A DNA stretch of 21,318 nt from a virus (Duplodnaviria; Heunggongvirae; Uroviricota; Caudoviricetes), in the IMG/VR virus record IMGVR_UViG_2603880150_000003. One strand, 5' to 3'. Numbering within the stretch: position 1 is the first letter of the stretch; each line of letters begins with the position of its first letter. Under the pieces are notes generated by a model. That model was given only the letters and a program-made list of their open reading frames with translations. It was not told the origin of the DNA and made no database searches. Position numbers and translations under genes: made by a program. Shown here piece by piece: positions 18,057 through 21,318 of this stretch.

Positions 18057-18338
18057 ATGAGTATCAATGAGTTAGAGTCTGAGCAAAAAGATTGGGCGTT
18101 ATCAATGTTGTGCAGATCCGGTGTCTTGTCTCCATGCAGACATCACGAAGGTGTTTATGTAGATGAAGGTATAGATATAGAGTCGGCATACAAATATTCC
18201 ATGAAGGTTTATAAGTCTAATGAAGACAAATCCCCATTCTGCAATGTGCGAGAAATGACTGATACCGTGCAAAATTATTATCACGAGTACGGTGGAAACG
18301 ATACTTGCCCTCTCTGTACAAAACATATAGATGATTAA
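18057..18338 (+). CDS. ea8.5: Ea8.5
   Basis: 93-aa ORF MSINELESEQKDWALSMLCRSGVLSPCRHHEGVYVDEG.. between ea22 and xis, same size and position as lambda ea8.5. Confidence 0.75.
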   Translation: MSINELESEQKDWALSMLCRSGVLSPCRHHEGVYVDEGIDIESAYKYSMKVYKSNEDKSPFCNVREMTDTVQNYYHEYGGNDTCPLCTKHIDD

Positions 18339-18413
18339 ACCCAATATTACATAACAATCCTCGCACTCGCGGGGATTTATTTTATCTGAACTCGCTACGG
18401 CGGGTTTTGTTTT

Positions 18414-18566
18414 ATGGAGATGATAAATGCACTTCCGAGTCACAGGAGAATGGAATGGAGAGCCATTCAACAGAGTTATCGAAGCGGAGAACATCAACGA
18501 CTGCTACGACCACTGGATGATATGGGCGCAGATAGCACATGCAGACGTAACCAATATTCGAATTGA
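18414..18566 (+). CDS. Small ORF (50 aa) between ea8.5 and xis
   Basis: ATG at 18414, stop at 18564-18566; translation MEMINALPSHRRMEWRAIQQSYRSGEHQRLLRPLDDMGADSTCRRNQYSN. Lambda has an unnamed small ORF at this position, but coding status here is uncertain. Confidence 0.3.
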   Translation: MEMINALPSHRRMEWRAIQQSYRSGEHQRLLRPLDDMGADSTCRRNQYSN

Positions 18567-18585
18567 AGAACTGAAAGAACACCAA

Positions 18586-18606
18586 GCCGCCTGATGGCGG
18601 TTTTTT
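18586..18606 (+). terminator. Candidate intrinsic terminator upstream of xis
   Basis: Short GC stem (ccgcc/ggcgg, loop tgat) followed by tttttt. Confidence 0.4.
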
Positions 18607-18633
18607 CTTGCGTGTAATTGCGGAGACTTTGCG

Positions 18634-18852
18634 ATGTACTTGACACTTCAGGAGTGGAACGCACGCCAGCGACGCCCAAGAAGCCTTGAAACAGTTCGTC
18701 GATGGGTACGCGAGTGCAGGATATTCCCTCCTCCGGTTAAGGATGGAAGAGAGTATCTGTTCCACGAATCAGCGGTAAAGGTTGACTTAAATCGACCAGT
18801 AACAGGTAGCCTTTTGAAGAGGATCAGAAATGGGAAGAAGGCGAAGTCATGA
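18634..18852 (+). CDS. xis: Excisionase Xis
   Basis: MYLTLQEWNARQRRPRSLETVRRWVRECRIFPPPVKDGREYLFHESAVKVDLNRPVTGSLLKRIRNGKKAKS matches lambda Xis (72 aa); overlaps the int start. Confidence 0.9.
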   Translation: MYLTLQEWNARQRRPRSLETVRRWVRECRIFPPPVKDGREYLFHESAVKVDLNRPVTGSLLKRIRNGKKAKS

Positions 18853-19900
18853 GCGCCGGGATTTACCCCCTAACCTTTATATAAGAAACAATGGATATTA
18901 CTGCTACAGGGACCCAAGGACGGGTAAAGAGTTTGGATTAGGCCGAGACAGGCGAATCGCAATCACTGAAGCTATACAGGCCAACATTGAGTTATTTTCA
19001 GGACACAAACACAAGCCTCTGACAGCGAGAATCAACAGTGATAATTCCGTTACGTTACATTCATGGCTTGATCGCTACGAAAAAATCCTGGCCAGCAGAG
19101 GAATCAAGCAGAAGACACTCATAAATTACATGAGCAAAATTAAAGCAATAAGGAGGGGTCTGCCTGATGCTCCACTTGAAGACATCACCACAAAAGAAAT
19201 TGCGGCAATGCTCAATGGATACATAGACGAGGGCAAGGCGGCATCAGCCAAGTTAATCAGATCAACACTGAGCGATGCATTCCGAGAGGCTATAGCTGAA
19301 GGCCATATAACAACAAACCCGGTCGCAGCCACTCGCGCTGCAAAATCAGAGGTAAGGAGATCAAGACTTACGGCTGACGAATACCTGAAAATTTATCAAG
19401 CAGCAGAATCATCACCATGTTGGCTTAGACTTGCAATGGAACTGGCTGTTGTTACCGGGCAGCGAGTTGGTGATTTATGCGAAATGAAGTGGTCTGATAT
19501 CGTAGATGGATATCTTTATGTCGAGCAAAGCAAAACAGGCGTAAAAATTGCCATCCCAACAACATTGCATGTTGATGCTCTCGGGATATCAATGAAGGAA
19601 ACACTTGATAAATGCAAAAAGATTCTTGGCGGAGAAACCATAATTGCATCTACTCGTCGTGAACCGCTTTCATCCGGCACAGTATCAAGGTATTTTATGC
19701 GCGCACGAAAAGCATCAGGTCTCTCCTTCGAAGGGGATCCGCCAACCTTTCACGAGTTGCGCAGTTTGTCTGCAAGACTCTATGAGAAGCAGATAAGCGA
19801 TAAATTTGCTCAACATCTTCTCGGGCATAAGTCGGACACCATGGCATCACAGTATCGTGATGACAGAGGCAGGGAGTGGGACAAAATTGAAATCAAATAA
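18830..19900 (+). CDS. int: Integrase Int (lambda-type tyrosine recombinase)
   Basis: 356 aa MGRRRSHERRDLPPNLYIRNNGYYCYRDPRTGKEFGLGRDRRIAITEAIQANIELFSGHKHKPLTARINSDNSVTLHSWLDRYEKILASRGIKQKTL.. near-identical to lambda Int; 3' end points at the att core. Confidence 0.95.
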   Translation: MGRRRSHERRDLPPNLYIRNNGYYCYRDPRTGKEFGLGRDRRIAITEAIQANIELFSGHKHKPLTARINSDNSVTLHSWLDRYEKILASRGIKQKTLINYMSKIKAIRRGLPDAPLEDITTKEIAAMLNGYIDEGKAASAKLIRSTLSDAFREAIAEGHITTNPVAATRAAKSEVRRSRLTADEYLKIYQAAESSPCWLRLAMELAVVTGQRVGDLCEMKWSDIVDGYLYVEQSKTGVKIAIPTTLHVDALGISMKETLDKCKKILGGETIIASTRREPLSSGTVSRYFMRARKASGLSFEGDPPTFHELRSLSARLYEKQISDKFAQHLLGHKSDTMASQYRDDRGREWDKIEIK

Positions 19901-19954
19901 TGATTTTATTTTGACTGATAGTGACCTGTTCGTTGCAACAAATTGATAAGCAAT

Positions 19955-19987
19955 GCTTTTTTATAATGCCAACTTAGTATAAAAAAG
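19955..19987. other. Prophage-host att junction (int-proximal); 15-bp lambda core GCTTTTTTATACTAA on the - strand at 19973-19987
   Basis: ..gttgcaacaaattgataagcaatgcttttttataatgccaacttagtataaaaaagc matches the lambda P arm and core as recalled; the following aggc.. matches the bacterial arm (CTGCTTTTTTATACTAA.. in reverse complement). Confidence 0.8.
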
Positions 19988-20034
19988 CAGGCTTCAACGG
20001 ATTCATTTTTCTATTTCATAGCCCGGAGCAACCT

Positions 20035-21318
20035 GTGAACACATTTTCAGTTTCCCGTCTGGCGCTGGCATTGGCTTTTGGCGTGACGCTGACCGCCTGT
20101 AGCTCAACCCCGCCCGATCAACGTCCTTCTGATCAAACCGCGCCTGGTACCTCTTCTCGCCCGATTCTGTCGGCAAAAGAAGCGCAGAATTTCGATGCTC
20201 AACACTATTTTGCATCCCTGACACCAGGTGCTGCAGCGTGGAATCCTTCCCCGATTACCCTGCCTGCGCAACCTGACTTTGTTGTCGGCCCGGCGGGCAC
20301 TCAAGGTGTAACGCATACCACGATTCAGGCGGCGGTAGATGCGGCAATTATCAAGCGTACCAACAAGCGCCAGTATATTGCCGTGATGCCTGGTGAGTAT
20401 CAGGGAACGGTATATGTCCCTGCCGCTCCGGGTGGAATTACTCTGTACGGTACAGGTGAAAAACCGATTGATGTGAAGATTGGGCTTTCCCTTGATGGTG
20501 GCATGAGCCCTGCCGACTGGCGTCACGACGTCAACCCGCGCGGCAAATATATGCCAGGTAAACCAGCGTGGTATATGTACGATAGCTGCCAGAGCAAACG
20601 CAGCGACAGTATCGGTGTTCTCTGCTCTGCGGTCTTCTGGTCACAAAACAATGGCCTGCAACTGCAAAATCTGACCATCGAAAACACGCTGGGCGATAGC
20701 GTAGATGCAGGTAACCATCCGGCGGTGGCACTGCGTACTGATGGTGACCAGGTACAGATTAACAACGTTAACATTCTCGGTCGTCAGAACACCTTCTTTG
20801 TCACCAACAGCGGTGTGCAGAACCGTCTGGAAACAAATCGTCAGCCGCGTACGCTGGTGACCAACAGCTACATTGAAGGGGATGTGGATATCGTTTCTGG
20901 TCGCGGCGCAGTGGTGTTCGATAACACCGAATTCCGCGTGGTGAACTCACGTACTCAGCAAGAAGCGTATGTGTTTGCACCGGCTACGCTGTCCAACATT
21001 TACTACGGTTTCCTCGCCGTAAACAGCCGTTTCAATGCTTTCGGTGATGGTGTGGCGCAACTGGGCCGCTCGCTGGATGTTGATGCCAATACCAACGGTC
21101 AGGTGGTGATCCGTGATAGCGCCATCAACGAAGGTTTTAACACGGCTAAACCGTGGGCCGATGCGGTGATCTCTAATCGTCCGTTTGCGGGTAATACCGG
21201 CAGCGTAGATGATAACGACGAAATACAGCGCAATCTGAATGACACTAACTACAACCGCATGTGGGAATACAATAACCGCGGCGTGGGTAGTAAAGTGGTT
21301 GCAGAGGCGAAGAAGTAA
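20035..21318 (+). CDS. ybhC: YbhC, outer-membrane lipoprotein of the pectinesterase/acyl-CoA thioesterase family (host gene next to attB-lambda)
   Basis: 427 aa, lipoprotein signal MNTFSVSRLALALAFGVTLTAC, translation matches E. coli YbhC as recalled; higher-GC chromosomal-type sequence. Confidence 0.9.
   Translation: MNTFSVSRLALALAFGVTLTACSSTPPDQRPSDQTAPGTSSRPILSAKEAQNFDAQHYFASLTPGAAAWNPSPITLPAQPDFVVGPAGTQGVTHTTIQAAVDAAIIKRTNKRQYIAVMPGEYQGTVYVPAAPGGITLYGTGEKPIDVKIGLSLDGGMSPADWRHDVNPRGKYMPGKPAWYMYDSCQSKRSDSIGVLCSAVFWSQNNGLQLQNLTIENTLGDSVDAGNHPAVALRTDGDQVQINNVNILGRQNTFFVTNSGVQNRLETNRQPRTLVTNSYIEGDVDIVSGRGAVVFDNTEFRVVNSRTQQEAYVFAPATLSNIYYGFLAVNSRFNAFGDGVAQLGRSLDVDANTNGQVVIRDSAINEGFNTAKPWADAVISNRPFAGNTGSVDDNDEIQRNLNDTNYNRMWEYNNRGVGSKVVAEAKK

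Noticed and set aside
18102-18765. Minus-strand ORFs 18102-18497, 18412-18765 and 18494-18679
   Set aside because: Antisense to ea8.5, the small ORF and xis, which are supported by lambda homology and operon direction.
1-21318. CRISPR arrays, rRNA genes, complete tRNA genes
   Set aside because: No regularly spaced direct repeats, no rRNA-like sequence and no complete tRNA were seen on reading the window; the only tRNA-related sequence is the 62-nt fragment at 2102-2163.

Overview
This window is a heavily decayed, mosaic lambdoid prophage sitting at the chromosomal lambda attachment site, flanked by an AT-rich cargo region with IS debris. All identifications are by reading the supplied translations and sequence against remembered lambda / DLP12 proteins; no database search was run. 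The prophage runs right to left: host gene ybhC (20035-21318), a lambda-type att core (19973-19987), int, xis, ea8.5, ea22 and small early-left ORFs on the + strand, then nin-region genes, Q, the lysis cassette, cos, and tail-fiber genes on the - strand. Three deletion/rearrangement scars are visible: (1) a Dam-type methyltransferase gene is split, with its 5' part on + (16340-16522) and its 3' part on - (14882-15229), bracketing an inverted block (P', ren, ninB); everything that normally lies between P and the early-left ORFs (O, cII, cro, cI, N, red/gam, exo) is absent. (2) The terminase small-subunit gene nu1 is truncated and runs directly into the middle of tail gene J, so all head and tail genes are missing. 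(3) J is fused in frame to the last ~59 codons of lom. Intact genes that remain include the porin nmpC, bor, a phage-21-type holin/endolysin with Rz/Rz1, rusA, Q, a 1026-aa side tail fiber with its Tfa chaperone, and an intact cosN. Left of tfa lies AT-rich DNA carrying an orphan 62-nt tRNA-Ser(CGA) 3' fragment, a low-GC AraC-family regulator, and two nested IS3-family fragments. I found no clearly novel system; the most interesting signals are the rearrangement junctions, the orphan tRNA fragment, the regulator moron and a C10 tract upstream of bor.
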